DNA of 64,000 nucleotides, from contig CAVXXK010000003.1 of the NCBI GenBank assembly GCA_963765675.1, forward strand, positions 96,001 to 160,000. Reading direction: 5' to 3'. Position 1 is the stretch's first letter. The number at the start of each line of letters is the position of its first letter. Shown here in pieces: positions 31,185-40,314 of this stretch. A program made the translations under genes and the position numbers. The notes under the pieces were generated by a model, which was not told the origin of the DNA, searched no databases, and worked only from the letters and a program-made list of their open reading frames with translations. This DNA comes from an uncultured delta proteobacterium. Its GTDB lineage: Bacteria; Desulfobacterota; Binatia; Binatales; Binataceae.

Positions 31185-31664
31185 CTAGTCCGCCTCGAGC
31201 ATTACGATTGCGGCGGCGGCCATGCCGTCGCCGCGGCCCAGCGCGCCGATTCCTTCCGGATTCGTCGCCTTGACGTTCACCCGATCGCGCTCGATCGAAA
31301 TCGAATCGGCAATTCGCTGACGCATCGTGTCGAGATGCGGCCCGAGCTTGGGCGCTTGCGCAAAGATCGTCAGGTCGGCGTTGCCCATGCGCCATCCGCG
31401 CGACTTCGCGAGTGCCCAGACCTCGCCCAGGATGCGGATACTGTCGGCGCCTGCGTAGCGCGGATCGCTATCGGGAAAATGACGCCCCAGGTCGCCCTCG
31501 CCGATTGCGCCGAGGATCGCGTTGGCGAGTGCATGGACCGCAACGTCGGCGTCGGAGTGGCCGGAGAGGCCCTTGTCGTGCGCGATTTCTACCCCGCCCA
31601 GCACGAGCTTGCGGCCCGCCACGAGAGGATGAAAGTCAAAGCCCTGCCCGACTCGATAGCGCAT
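31185..31664 (-). CDS. ispF: 2-C-methyl-D-erythritol 2,4-cyclodiphosphate synthase
   Basis: RVGQGFDFH, GHSDADVAVHA, GDLGRHFPD, NVKAT. Confidence 0.95.
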   Translation of the reverse strand: MRYRVGQGFDFHPLVAGRKLVLGGVEIAHDKGLSGHSDADVAVHALANAILGAIGEGDLGRHFPDSDPRYAGADSIRILGEVWALAKSRGWRMGNADLTIFAQAPKLGPHLDTMRQRIADSISIERDRVNVKATNPEGIGALGRGDGMAAAAIVMLEAD

Positions 31665-31784
31665 CGCGATCACCCCACTTTGCGCAGCTTTGCGGCTGCA
31701 CGAATCCGCCCTCTGGCTGCGTTGACAATGCTGACGCGGCCAAGCAAGCTTTCGCTCAGGTCACGGATCAAGGAGCCGCCGGTC

Positions 31785-32057
31785 ATGCCCGCATTTGCGA
31801 AAAACCCGAAATTCATCATCGGCACGCTCATCGTCCTGTGGGTGATCTACGTGATCTGGGCGAATATCCAGCCGCAGCCGGTTACGATCTACTTGTTCCC
31901 ACACTTTGTGAAGCTGCAGATTCAACTCTCGGCGATAATCATCGGCTCGGCGATCTTTGGCGCAATAGCGGCCATCGTCATTCATTGGTTATGGAGACGT
32001 TCTTCGAAGAATGCTTCGTCGCCGACCGTAGTCGTCAATCGCAGTACCGTCGCCTGA
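31785..32057 (+). CDS. Small two-TM membrane protein (LapA/DUF1049-like)
   Basis: SD aggag; TM1-N-V.I-TM2 pattern followed by WRR. Confidence 0.65.
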   Translation: MPAFAKNPKFIIGTLIVLWVIYVIWANIQPQPVTIYLFPHFVKLQIQLSAIIIGSAIFGAIAAIVIHWLWRRSSKNASSPTVVVNRSTVA

Positions 32058-33235
32058 TCGCCCTTGCGCAGAAGCGCGACGGCGGCCGGCCCGATCAACA
32101 GGCCGTCGGCACGCGACAGCGAGCTCAGAATTCCTGAACCCTGATTCCCGGTCGGCGCGGCGAGATATTCACCGTCGCGCCGCTCGAGCCTGACCCGCAC
32201 GAACTCGGTCAGATTATTCGCGAGCTTGATATCGGCGGAGCATCGCGCCAAGACGCGCTCAAGCCCGACCGCGGCGTGCCCGCCCATCCGGCGCAGGGCA
32301 GGTCCAACGTAAAGATAGAAGCACACCAGCGTTGAGACCGGGTTTCCCGGCAGTCCAAAGACCGGATGGACGCCGACGAGGCCGAACTTGAGTGGACGCC
32401 CCGGCCTTTGCGCGACGCCGTGAAACAGCGTGCGCATCCCGAGGTCGTCGAGGACGCCCTTTACGAAATCGAACTGCCCGACCGAGACTCCGCCGGTCGA
32501 GAGGACCAAGTCGGACGCCAGCGCCTCTTCCAGGCGCTCGCGAACCTCGTCCTTGATGTCGCGCGCGACGCGCAGGATTACCGCCTCGCCGCCCGCCTCG
32601 CGAATCGCGCCGGACAGGGCGTAGGCGCTCGAGTTGACGACCTGGGCGCCAGTTGGATGCTCGTCGATATCGACGAGCTCGTCGCCGGTCGCGACGATCG
32701 CGACGCGCGCCCGACGGTACACACCAACCATCGAGCGGGAGAGCGACGCGAGCATTCCCAGGTCAGAGGGCGAGAGCATCTTACCGGGCGACATGACCGA
32801 CTCGCCGGCGCGCAGATCTTCGCCTCGCGGGCGAACGAAAGATTTCGCCTCGGCGGGCGCGAGAATCTCGACAGTAGAACCCTCGCCTCGGGTACGCTCG
32901 ACCTGAACAATCGCGTCGGCGCCGGGAGCGATCGGCGCGCCGGTCATCGTGCGCGCGCATTCGCCCGGGCCTACCTGACGCTCCGGCATCCGGCCTGCGG
33001 GCACGGTTTCGATCACCTTCAGGCGAACAGGATGCGCTTCGCTGGCGGTGGCGATATCGGCGGCGCGGACCGCGTACCCGTCCATCGCGGAGTTGTCGAA
33101 TCCGGGGATATCGCGCAAGGAGCGAATATCCTCGGCGAGCACGCGGCCCAACGCGTCAAGGAGCGGCACGCGTTCGACGCCGAGCGGAGCAACCGCCTCA
33201 AGGACGATACGCAGAGCGTCGTCGGTACTAATCAT
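31982..33235 (-). CDS. moeA: Molybdopterin molybdotransferase
   Basis: GRVLAED, FDNSAMDGYA, TGAPI..GADA, TGDEL, GGVSVG, GLPGNP. Confidence 0.95.
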   Translation of the reverse strand: MISTDDALRIVLEAVAPLGVERVPLLDALGRVLAEDIRSLRDIPGFDNSAMDGYAVRAADIATASEAHPVRLKVIETVPAGRMPERQVGPGECARTMTGAPIAPGADAIVQVERTRGEGSTVEILAPAEAKSFVRPRGEDLRAGESVMSPGKMLSPSDLGMLASLSRSMVGVYRRARVAIVATGDELVDIDEHPTGAQVVNSSAYALSGAIREAGGEAVILRVARDIKDEVRERLEEALASDLVLSTGGVSVGQFDFVKGVLDDLGMRTLFHGVAQRPGRPLKFGLVGVHPVFGLPGNPVSTLVCFYLYVGPALRRMGGHAAVGLERVLARCSADIKLANNLTEFVRVRLERRDGEYLAAPTGNQGSGILSSLSRADGLLIGPAAVALLRKGDQATVLRLTTTVGDEAFFEERLHNQ

Positions 33236-33319
33236 CGTATCGGCAAGAATACGCGGCTTCGCACGCGATGAGAACAGAGTGGAAAAACGGTGCGGGTGGC
33301 GGCAACCAGAGGAGGCGAT

Positions 33320-34291
33320 TTAGCCGGCAGAAGCGGCGCTGACAATCGGGACGCGGACGGTGTAGTTGCGCGCATAGGGCGGAACCCGGTCGCGCAGGAT
33401 CGCCGGGTTAAGTTCCTTCAGACGGGCAACCGTCGTATGGGCCTTGTGTGCAACATTAACCAGTGTGGTTCCGCCACGAACCGAAACCTGGCTGTAGGCC
33501 GGAGGCGCATCGTAATTGACGTTGCCAATCCCATAGGCGATAGCGTTATGCGCGATAAAGGCGACCGCCATGAACCTGCCAAGGAGGCATCGCGTGTCTC
33601 GCGGCAACGAGGCCATGAAGCGGTTAAAGTTCTCGCCGCGCATGACCCAGAAGCGGTTGATCGCCAAATCACCACGGTTCCATCCGACCACCGCTACCCG
33701 CCAATCGTACCCGGCAGCGTCGTGCAGGTCGGCCAGGTACTCGGCGGCGGCTCGGGTCGAAAGGATAGGATCGCGGCGCTCGTCAACCCAATGGTTGACG
33801 TGTAGCCCGTACTTCTCGGCAGTCCCTTTGTTGAACTGCCAAGGGCCCTTGCCATGCCGGGAAAATTCGCTCTCGGCAAAGGCCAAGTAGATCATGTCGT
33901 CCGGAACGCCGTAGGAGCGCATCACTCGGGCCATCTCGGGCAAATAGGGACGGCTACGGGCGAAGCTGGCCTCGAGCGTGCCGGGCCGGCTCAGGTATTC
34001 GTTAACATATCGTTCGACGATCGAATTGAGCAGGATCGGGAAAGGCGCCACACCCTTGGGCTTGGAAGTGATGAAGGGTGATGGCGCGACATCCCACTGC
34101 GACAGCGTAGCATCTATGGGCTCATCGGCCCCGGAGGAGCCTAGGGCGGCAATCGCAGGATTTTGGGGCTCCCATCCCGGGGAGATAATGGAGGGTTCGG
34201 CGGCTACCGCGCGATATACAGGCATCCCGGTCAGAACCGGAGCCAGAAGTATCGCACACAGAGCGAGGGTTGTTCGGCTGCCTCGAGTCAT
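33320..34291 (-). CDS. MltD-like lytic transglycosylase with C-terminal LysM
   Basis: IYLAFAES, GPWQF...TA..YGL...WVDERRDPILSTRAAAEYL, LKELNP. Confidence 0.85.
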   Translation of the reverse strand: MTRGSRTTLALCAILLAPVLTGMPVYRAVAAEPSIISPGWEPQNPAIAALGSSGADEPIDATLSQWDVAPSPFITSKPKGVAPFPILLNSIVERYVNEYLSRPGTLEASFARSRPYLPEMARVMRSYGVPDDMIYLAFAESEFSRHGKGPWQFNKGTAEKYGLHVNHWVDERRDPILSTRAAAEYLADLHDAAGYDWRVAVVGWNRGDLAINRFWVMRGENFNRFMASLPRDTRCLLGRFMAVAFIAHNAIAYGIGNVNYDAPPAYSQVSVRGGTTLVNVAHKAHTTVARLKELNPAILRDRVPPYARNYTVRVPIVSAASAG

Positions 34292-34359
34292 CTCCCACCA
34301 TGAACCTCGGCCACGGTAGCCGCTGAGGCGCGAGTGCGCAACCCGTAAACAGCCGATCT

Positions 34360-34430
34360 TGAATAAAATAATCTTATACTTGGAACAAAAATTGTTGATA
34401 ACTTTTATAATTTGTGACGTTTGTTCCCCC
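34360..34430. promoter_or_regulatory. AT-rich divergent promoter region (lytic transglycosylase / ntrB-like)
   Basis: Strongly AT-rich stretch with tatact and tataat hexamers in a GC-rich background. Confidence 0.5.
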
Positions 34431-34487
34431 GAAAACACGCGCGATTACAGCTCAATCCGCCGCCCCGCTTCGATACGCTTGCGGCAT

Positions 34488-35699
34488 ATGGTACCGTCCC
34501 CCCAAGACCGGCCCGCTCTCCTGTGGGTATCCGGAAGACCGGGCACGGCTATCCGATTGAAGCTCTGGCGCGACATTATCGACAGCCTGCCCGACGCGAT
34601 TATCGTCCTGTCGTCGGCGTTCGAGCCGCTGGCGATAAACCCCGCGGCTGAGACCCTGCTGGGCACGTCTTCCGTCACACCTCCACAGCTTGCCGACCTC
34701 CTCGATCACAACCCGTGGCTGGACCGGATGGTGCGTAACTGCCTGAAAACCGGGCAGAGCGTCGGCGATCCCGATACGGTCCTCGGGATTGGCCCGCGAT
34801 CGATTACCGTCCGGACCGAGGTCTCCCCACTGCTCAGCCAGGACGGCAGCACGCAGGGTGCGATTATCCTGCTTCACGACCTGGCTCATCAGAAGAGCGC
34901 TGCCCAGGTGACCGATTCGACGGAGCTAAGCCTTCGCCTATCACCCGCAGGGCTGGCCCACGAGGTAAAGAATCCGCTTACCGGCATCAAGGGAGCGGCG
35001 GAGCTGTTGGCGGCGATGTATCCATCCGAACCGCGCGTCCAGCAGTACTATGGAGTCATCCGCGACGGCGTTAACCGCATCACGGGGTTGGTCGAGCAGG
35101 TCCTTGCGGTCAGCGCGCCGCAGCGTCTGGTCAAGGAACCGGTGAACATCCATCAGGTCCTGCACGAAGCGCTCCGGATGGCCGGGCTATACCCCAAAGC
35201 GCCCGACGCGGTTCATATCGAGCAGGACTTCGACCCCAGCCTGCCCGACGTCTCGGGCGACGCTGCCGCCCTCGAACGTGCGTTCCTGAACCTGGTCAAA
35301 AACGCGCATGAGGCGATCGGCTCGAGCGGAACTATCCGGATGCATACGCGGATCGAGACCGAGTTCCGGATGACGACCGACGGGCAGCGCCTGCAGTTCC
35401 TGCGCGTCGAGATCAGCGACAACGGGGTCGGAATCGCGGAGGACGCGCTCGCGCAGCTCTTCACCCCGTTCTTCACCACCAAGCCTTCGGGAACCGGGCT
35501 CGGCCTGATGCTGAGCCAGCGCATCATCGCGCTCCATGGAGGAAGGCTATGGGCGACGCGCGGAGGAATCGGACGGACCGGCGAGGACTCCGAGCCGCCT
35601 GCAGGTATGACCTTCAAGGTGACCCTTCCCGTCGGAAGCCTCCGGGTCCACGGCAGCTCCAAACTCGGCGGCGATGACACGGCGGGGAACGATCGTTAA
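34488..35699 (+). CDS. ntrB: NtrB-like PAS histidine kinase
   Basis: GLAHEVKNPL.GIKGAAELL, PVNIHQVL, DFDPSLP, LNLVKNA, PFFTTK..GTGLGL. Confidence 0.8.
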   Translation: MVPSPQDRPALLWVSGRPGTAIRLKLWRDIIDSLPDAIIVLSSAFEPLAINPAAETLLGTSSVTPPQLADLLDHNPWLDRMVRNCLKTGQSVGDPDTVLGIGPRSITVRTEVSPLLSQDGSTQGAIILLHDLAHQKSAAQVTDSTELSLRLSPAGLAHEVKNPLTGIKGAAELLAAMYPSEPRVQQYYGVIRDGVNRITGLVEQVLAVSAPQRLVKEPVNIHQVLHEALRMAGLYPKAPDAVHIEQDFDPSLPDVSGDAAALERAFLNLVKNAHEAIGSSGTIRMHTRIETEFRMTTDGQRLQFLRVEISDNGVGIAEDALAQLFTPFFTTKPSGTGLGLMLSQRIIALHGGRLWATRGGIGRTGEDSEPPAGMTFKVTLPVGSLRVHGSSKLGGDDTAGNDR

Positions 35700-35712
35700 G
35701 CTGGTAGCCACG

Positions 35713-37224
35713 ATGCCATCCGCCGAAGCCCAAACGCCCGACGAAACTCCCGTCGCTATCGCTTCGTCCGCCACGATCCTGATCGCGGACGACGATCCCG
35801 CGATTCGCCTGGTTCTGCGCCATCGCCTTGAAGCCGAAGGCTACTCGGTCGAGGAAGCGGCCGACAGCGCGGCGGCGCTCGAAGCGTTGCGCAGCAACCG
35901 CTTCGACGTCGCAATACTGGATATCATCATGCCGGGAGTTGGCGGGCTCGAAGTGCTCTCGGCCGCGAAGGCGCAGGACGTTCGCACGCTGATAATCGTG
36001 GTGACCGCCGCGAGCACGATGAACAACGCGGTCGAGGCGATGAAGCGCGGAGCGCACGACTACCTGACCAAGCCCTTCGCGAATCTGGACCTGGTCGCGG
36101 CGGCGGTTGCACGCGCGATCGAGGTTGCGGCGCAGGCCGCCGATCTCGATCGGCTCAAGAACGAAGTCAATCGGCAGCTCGTCGGCGGCGAGATCATCGG
36201 ACGCAGCGCCGCGATGCAGAACGTTTACAAGATGGTCGGGCGCGTGGTCACCAACGACGCGACCGTACTGCTGTCGGGCGAGAGCGGGACCGGAAAAGAG
36301 CTGGTCGCGCGCGCGATCCATTTCAAATCGGCGCGGTGGCGTTCGCCATTCGTCGCGGTGAATTGCTCCGCGATTCCACAAGGACTGCTGGAGAGCGAAC
36401 TATTCGGGCACGAGCGCGGCTCGTTCACGGGCGCGAATGAACGGCGTGCGGGAAAATTCGAGATGGCCGAAGGGGGCACCATTTTCCTCGACGAGATCGG
36501 CGACCTTCCCCTCGAACTGCAGCCGAAACTCCTGCGTGTCCTTCAGGAGCGCGAGTTCAACCGGGTCGGCAGCGTCGAGACGCTCAAGCTCAAGGCGCGG
36601 GTGATCGCGGCGACCAACCAGGATTTGCAGACGCTGGTCGCGGCGCGCAAATTCCGCGAGGACCTGTACTTCAGGCTCCGCGTCATTCCGATCCAGATGC
36701 CATCGCTCCGCGAACGGCGCGACGACATTCCCGAACTGACCGATTATTTCGTGAGCAAGGCGGTGCATGAGATGGGCGCGCGAGTCTCCGCGATCAGTCC
36801 CGAAGCACGCGCCAAACTCGCCGCGCACGATTGGGCCGGCAACGTCCGCGAGCTCGAGAACACGGTGATGCGCGCGGCGCTGCTCGCACCGGGCAACACG
36901 ATCCGCGCCGACGATATCGAGCTCGCGCGCAGCATCGTCGCGCCTATCTCTCCGGGAACTTCGCCCGTGGGCGGAGACAGCGCGGCGCTGGCCGGAATAA
37001 TCGCCGGACGAATCGGCGAATGGCTCGACGCGGCCGACGGCAGCGAGCCGCGCGACCTGTATGAAAAGCTGGTCGGCGAGATCGAAAAGCCACTCATCGA
37101 ATTGGCGCTGCGCCGCACCGGCGGCAACCAGGTCAAGGCGGCGCGGATGCTCGGGCTTAACCGCAACACGCTGCGCAAGAAGATCACCGATCACAAAATC
37201 GCGCTGACCAAGTATCCGACCTGA
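35713..37224 (+). CDS. ntrC: NtrC-like sigma54 response regulator
   Basis: REC domain, GESGTGKE, ESELFGHERGSFTGA, FREDLYFRL, GNVRELEN, GNQVKAARMLGLNRNTLRKK. Confidence 0.85.
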   Translation: MPSAEAQTPDETPVAIASSATILIADDDPAIRLVLRHRLEAEGYSVEEAADSAAALEALRSNRFDVAILDIIMPGVGGLEVLSAAKAQDVRTLIIVVTAASTMNNAVEAMKRGAHDYLTKPFANLDLVAAAVARAIEVAAQAADLDRLKNEVNRQLVGGEIIGRSAAMQNVYKMVGRVVTNDATVLLSGESGTGKELVARAIHFKSARWRSPFVAVNCSAIPQGLLESELFGHERGSFTGANERRAGKFEMAEGGTIFLDEIGDLPLELQPKLLRVLQEREFNRVGSVETLKLKARVIAATNQDLQTLVAARKFREDLYFRLRVIPIQMPSLRERRDDIPELTDYFVSKAVHEMGARVSAISPEARAKLAAHDWAGNVRELENTVMRAALLAPGNTIRADDIELARSIVAPISPGTSPVGGDSAALAGIIAGRIGEWLDAADGSEPRDLYEKLVGEIEKPLIELALRRTGGNQVKAARMLGLNRNTLRKKITDHKIALTKYPT

Positions 37225-37230
37225 CCCGCC

Positions 37231-37863
37231 GTGCGCTCGACGATGCAGATGCCGTCGCATTTCTACGCGATGGTCGATCCATCGGGCGGCCATGACCCGG
37301 TGGAACTCGCGGAGTTGATGCTTGCCGCGGGTGCGAGAATTCTGCAACTGCGACTGAAGGACGCTCCCGGCCGCGAGTTTCTGCTCGTAGCGCGCGCGAT
37401 TGCCCCGCGATGCCGCTTGCGCGGCGCGGTCTTTATTGTGAATGACCGCGTCGATATTGCGCGCCTCGCCGAAGCGGATGGAGTGCATCTTGGGCAGACC
37501 GATCTGCCGCTCGCGGCCGCGCGCGAAATTTTCGGCGCGAACAAGATCATCGGTATCTCGACGCACGATGTCGCGATGGCGCGCGAGGCGGAGGCCGGCG
37601 GCGCCGACTATATCGGCTTCGGCCCGATGTATCCGGGCGGGCTCAAGCAGACGGCGGCCGGACAGGGACTCGCCAATCTGCGCGCAGTCCGTTCGGCGGT
37701 GAGGATTCCAATCGTCGCGATCGGCGGAATCACGGAGACCTCGATGCCGGAAGTTCTCGCCGCGGGCGCCGACGCCGCCGCGATCATCACCGACGTGGTC
37801 AAAGCTCCGGATATCTCCGCGAAGGTCCGCACGCTGCTCGCGATTTCGCGGCGCGCAAACTAG
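37231..37863 (+). CDS. thiE: Thiamine-phosphate synthase
   Basis: QLRLK, IVNDRVD, GVHLGQTD, IGISTH, ADYIGFGP, VAIGGI. Confidence 0.93.
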   Translation: MRSTMQMPSHFYAMVDPSGGHDPVELAELMLAAGARILQLRLKDAPGREFLLVARAIAPRCRLRGAVFIVNDRVDIARLAEADGVHLGQTDLPLAAAREIFGANKIIGISTHDVAMAREAEAGGADYIGFGPMYPGGLKQTAAGQGLANLRAVRSAVRIPIVAIGGITETSMPEVLAAGADAAAIITDVVKAPDISAKVRTLLAISRRAN

Positions 37864-39098
37864 GCCGCGGTCGCGGCTACCGGCGTCATCCGGGCTTGCT
37901 CGGACGCGAGCGAGCGGCATGCGAGGGTGACGATCACGCCGAGCACGCACAGCGCGGCGAAGATCTCGAAGGCGAGAACGTAGCTGCCGCTCACGTCGAA
38001 GATTCGCCCCGCCATCACCGGACCGACCGCTGCTCCGATCGTATTGAACACTCCCGCGACTCCGCCAATCGTGCCGAAGCGCTTGAGTCCCAGCGAATCC
38101 GCGGTGAGGAGCGGAATCAGCACCAGCGGCGCACCGAGCGTCAGCCCATATAAGAGCACGAACACCGGAACCATCGCGGACCTCCCGATGCTCAGCGCCA
38201 ACAGCATCGCAACGCCCTGCACGATGAAATTCGCGGCCAGCGCGATTCGCGGACTGACACGATCCGACACGGTCCCCATCAAAAGCTTGCCGGCCGCGGC
38301 CAACGCCAGCGCCAGGCTCGCGATCAGGGCGCCAAACGACTCGCTGTAACCGAGCCCGAGCAGATAGCTGACCAGATGAAGTCCGGAGGCGGCGGCGACG
38401 CAGGCGTAAAGAAATTGGCCGAACGCGATCATCCAGAACGAGCGCGTGCGCATCGCCTCGCCGAGCTCGAAGCCGGGCAGCGCATCGCCCGAAGCCTGCA
38501 CGCTGAGCTCGCGCGTCTCGGGCGGACGGGTGCGAATCATAATAAGGACCAGCGGGATGACGACGACGATCATCGGCGTCCCGAGCGCAAAATAGCCGGC
38601 GCGCCATCCGCCGAAATGTAAAATCGCGAGGTTCCCGACCTCGATCATCGCGGCGCCGCCGAGCGACGTGCCGGCAAAGGTCACCCCCATCGCGATCCCT
38701 CGCCGCGCACCGAACCAGTTGGCGATCACCAGCGCCGCCGGCAAGAGCGTCGCAGCGCCGATACCGAGGCCTAGCACCAGGTACGCGATCAGCATCGGAG
38801 CGAACGAGTGCGATTGGCTGGCCACAAGGAATGCGATGCCCGAAAGGCCGGCTCCCACCGCCATCACGATCCGCGCCTCGACTCGATCGAGCAGCCATCC
38901 GACGAGAGGAGCGCTGAACCCGGCCGAGAGCGCCAACGCACTGGTCAGCCACGCGGTGCGCGCGTGAGTCCATCCGAAGTGTTTGACCAGTTGCGGGAAG
39001 AACAAGGTGCCGGTGTTGTAGCCGGAGCCGAAGACGAGAAAGAGCGTGACGAACATGCTCGCCACGATCGTCCATCCCTGTCGTTCCCGTGTGGTCAT
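37860..39098 (-). CDS. MFS transporter (MCT/OFA-like)
   Basis: About 12 TM segments, GWLLDR motif A, NWFGARRGIAMG, GRIFDVSGSY. Confidence 0.9.
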   Translation of the reverse strand: MTTRERQGWTIVASMFVTLFLVFGSGYNTGTLFFPQLVKHFGWTHARTAWLTSALALSAGFSAPLVGWLLDRVEARIVMAVGAGLSGIAFLVASQSHSFAPMLIAYLVLGLGIGAATLLPAALVIANWFGARRGIAMGVTFAGTSLGGAAMIEVGNLAILHFGGWRAGYFALGTPMIVVVIPLVLIMIRTRPPETRELSVQASGDALPGFELGEAMRTRSFWMIAFGQFLYACVAAASGLHLVSYLLGLGYSESFGALIASLALALAAAGKLLMGTVSDRVSPRIALAANFIVQGVAMLLALSIGRSAMVPVFVLLYGLTLGAPLVLIPLLTADSLGLKRFGTIGGVAGVFNTIGAAVGPVMAGRIFDVSGSYVLAFEIFAALCVLGVIVTLACRSLASEQARMTPVAATAA

Positions 39099-39571
39099 CA
39101 GGTTCTCCGCTTCCTGCGCACCGGCAGCATCGCGCGCAGAGACTTATAGCTCGCGCGCCGCGCGAGCGTCGAGCCGGAGCATCCGCGAGCTTGCGGAAAT
39201 GCGAATGGAAACGATGTCTCAACGGTGGGTTCCTTTGGGCGATTTCGATCCACGTCTCGAAAAATATTCCCTGAGGATATTAACGAATTTAGATTTCATC
39301 ATCACTTCGTTTCAGCCTTTTGTATTCTGCGAATTCGATGTGACGAACGGTCGATGCGAGCATCGTCGCGCAGCATCGCCTCGCGAGATGACGGCGATAA
39401 ATTGCGCGGAAATATTTTGACCGCGGCTTCATGAGCTTGATTCTACACGAGGAGGCGAAGCGCGTAAGGCTGAACAGTTCAGCCATGAACAAATCTGGCA
39501 AAGAACCTAACGAGCGTTAGGGGAGCCGCCAGAGGCTCGCGAGGTGCCGCGCAGACAGGGGACGCTTCGCG

Positions 39572-39842
39572 TGGGCCGACGAGCCGTCGGCCACCACCGG
39601 CGGAAAAGCGCAATTGAGCACGACCGCAATTACCCGCGCGTCACGGCGAGTTCTCGATTCCTCGTCGGCCATCCTTCGCGTACGGCTGACGAAATAGTGG
39701 CGCGGGCGGCTCGCCCGTAGGAGATGGATGCGCGGCAGGCGCGCCCGACCAATGAATTGTTGCGATCGGCGCCGGAGCCGCTCTGGGAATCCAAGCCGCG
39801 CGATTCTTGTCTGCAAGTGGCCGCCGACGGCTCGTCGGCCCA
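39572..39842. repeat. Inverted REP pair bracketing about 230 bp of non-coding DNA
   Basis: tgggccgacgagccgtcggc (39572-39591) and its exact reverse complement at 39823-39842. Confidence 0.7.
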
Positions 39843-39899
39843 GACCTGACTCGAAATAACAGCGCACAGAGAGGGCTCACGACGCTCTTGCATCGGAGT

Positions 39900-39923
39900 A
39901 TATTTCGGTGTTACTAGAAATAT
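39900..39923 (+). promoter_or_regulatory. Probable ArsR operator
   Basis: Inverted repeat atatttc-N10-gaaatat immediately upstream of arsR. Confidence 0.6.
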
Positions 39924-39931
39924 CGTAGCAT

Positions 39932-40300
39932 ATGAAAAGCTTCATCTCTCAGTTCAATGCTCTCGGACAGGAGGGCCGGCTCGAAATCTTCCGGCTGCTG
40001 GTGCGCGCGGGGCCGCAGGGATTGTGTGTCGACGAAATCAAGCGGCGCGTGCCAATGCCAGGCTCGACGCTCTCTCATCACCTGGACACCCTCGCGCGCT
40101 CCGGATTGCTTTCGGCCCGGCGGTCGGGGCGCTTCATCTATCATGCGGTTGACTGGAATAAAACCGCCAGGCTGATCCGGTTTCTGACCGAGGACTGCTG
40201 CGCGGATTTGCACTGCCGGCTCGCGGAGCCGGTTGGGGCGCGCCGCAGGCACGCGGACGCGCGAAGGCGAAAAGACGATCGCGGGAAAAACGAAAAATAA
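39932..40300 (+). CDS. arsR: ArsR/SmtB family repressor
   Basis: ALGQEGRLEIFRLLV, STLSHHL, R.GRFIY, FLTEDCC. Confidence 0.9.
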   Translation: MKSFISQFNALGQEGRLEIFRLLVRAGPQGLCVDEIKRRVPMPGSTLSHHLDTLARSGLLSARRSGRFIYHAVDWNKTARLIRFLTEDCCADLHCRLAEPVGARRRHADARRRKDDRGKNEK

Positions 40301-40314
40301 GGAGACGCTGCGCC

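Noticed and set aside
36400-39222. 940-aa minus-strand ORF and other long antisense or alternate-frame ORFs (e.g. 17973-19658, 41283-42746, 51550-52815)
   Set aside because: Shadow ORFs of well-supported genes in high-GC DNA; Arg/Ala-rich with no motifs
39500-39860. RNase P RNA, tmRNA or SRP RNA in the large gap
   Set aside because: Hallmark motifs (e.g. GAGGAAAGUCC, tRNA-like ends) not found on either strand by eye; an Rfam scan is still advisable
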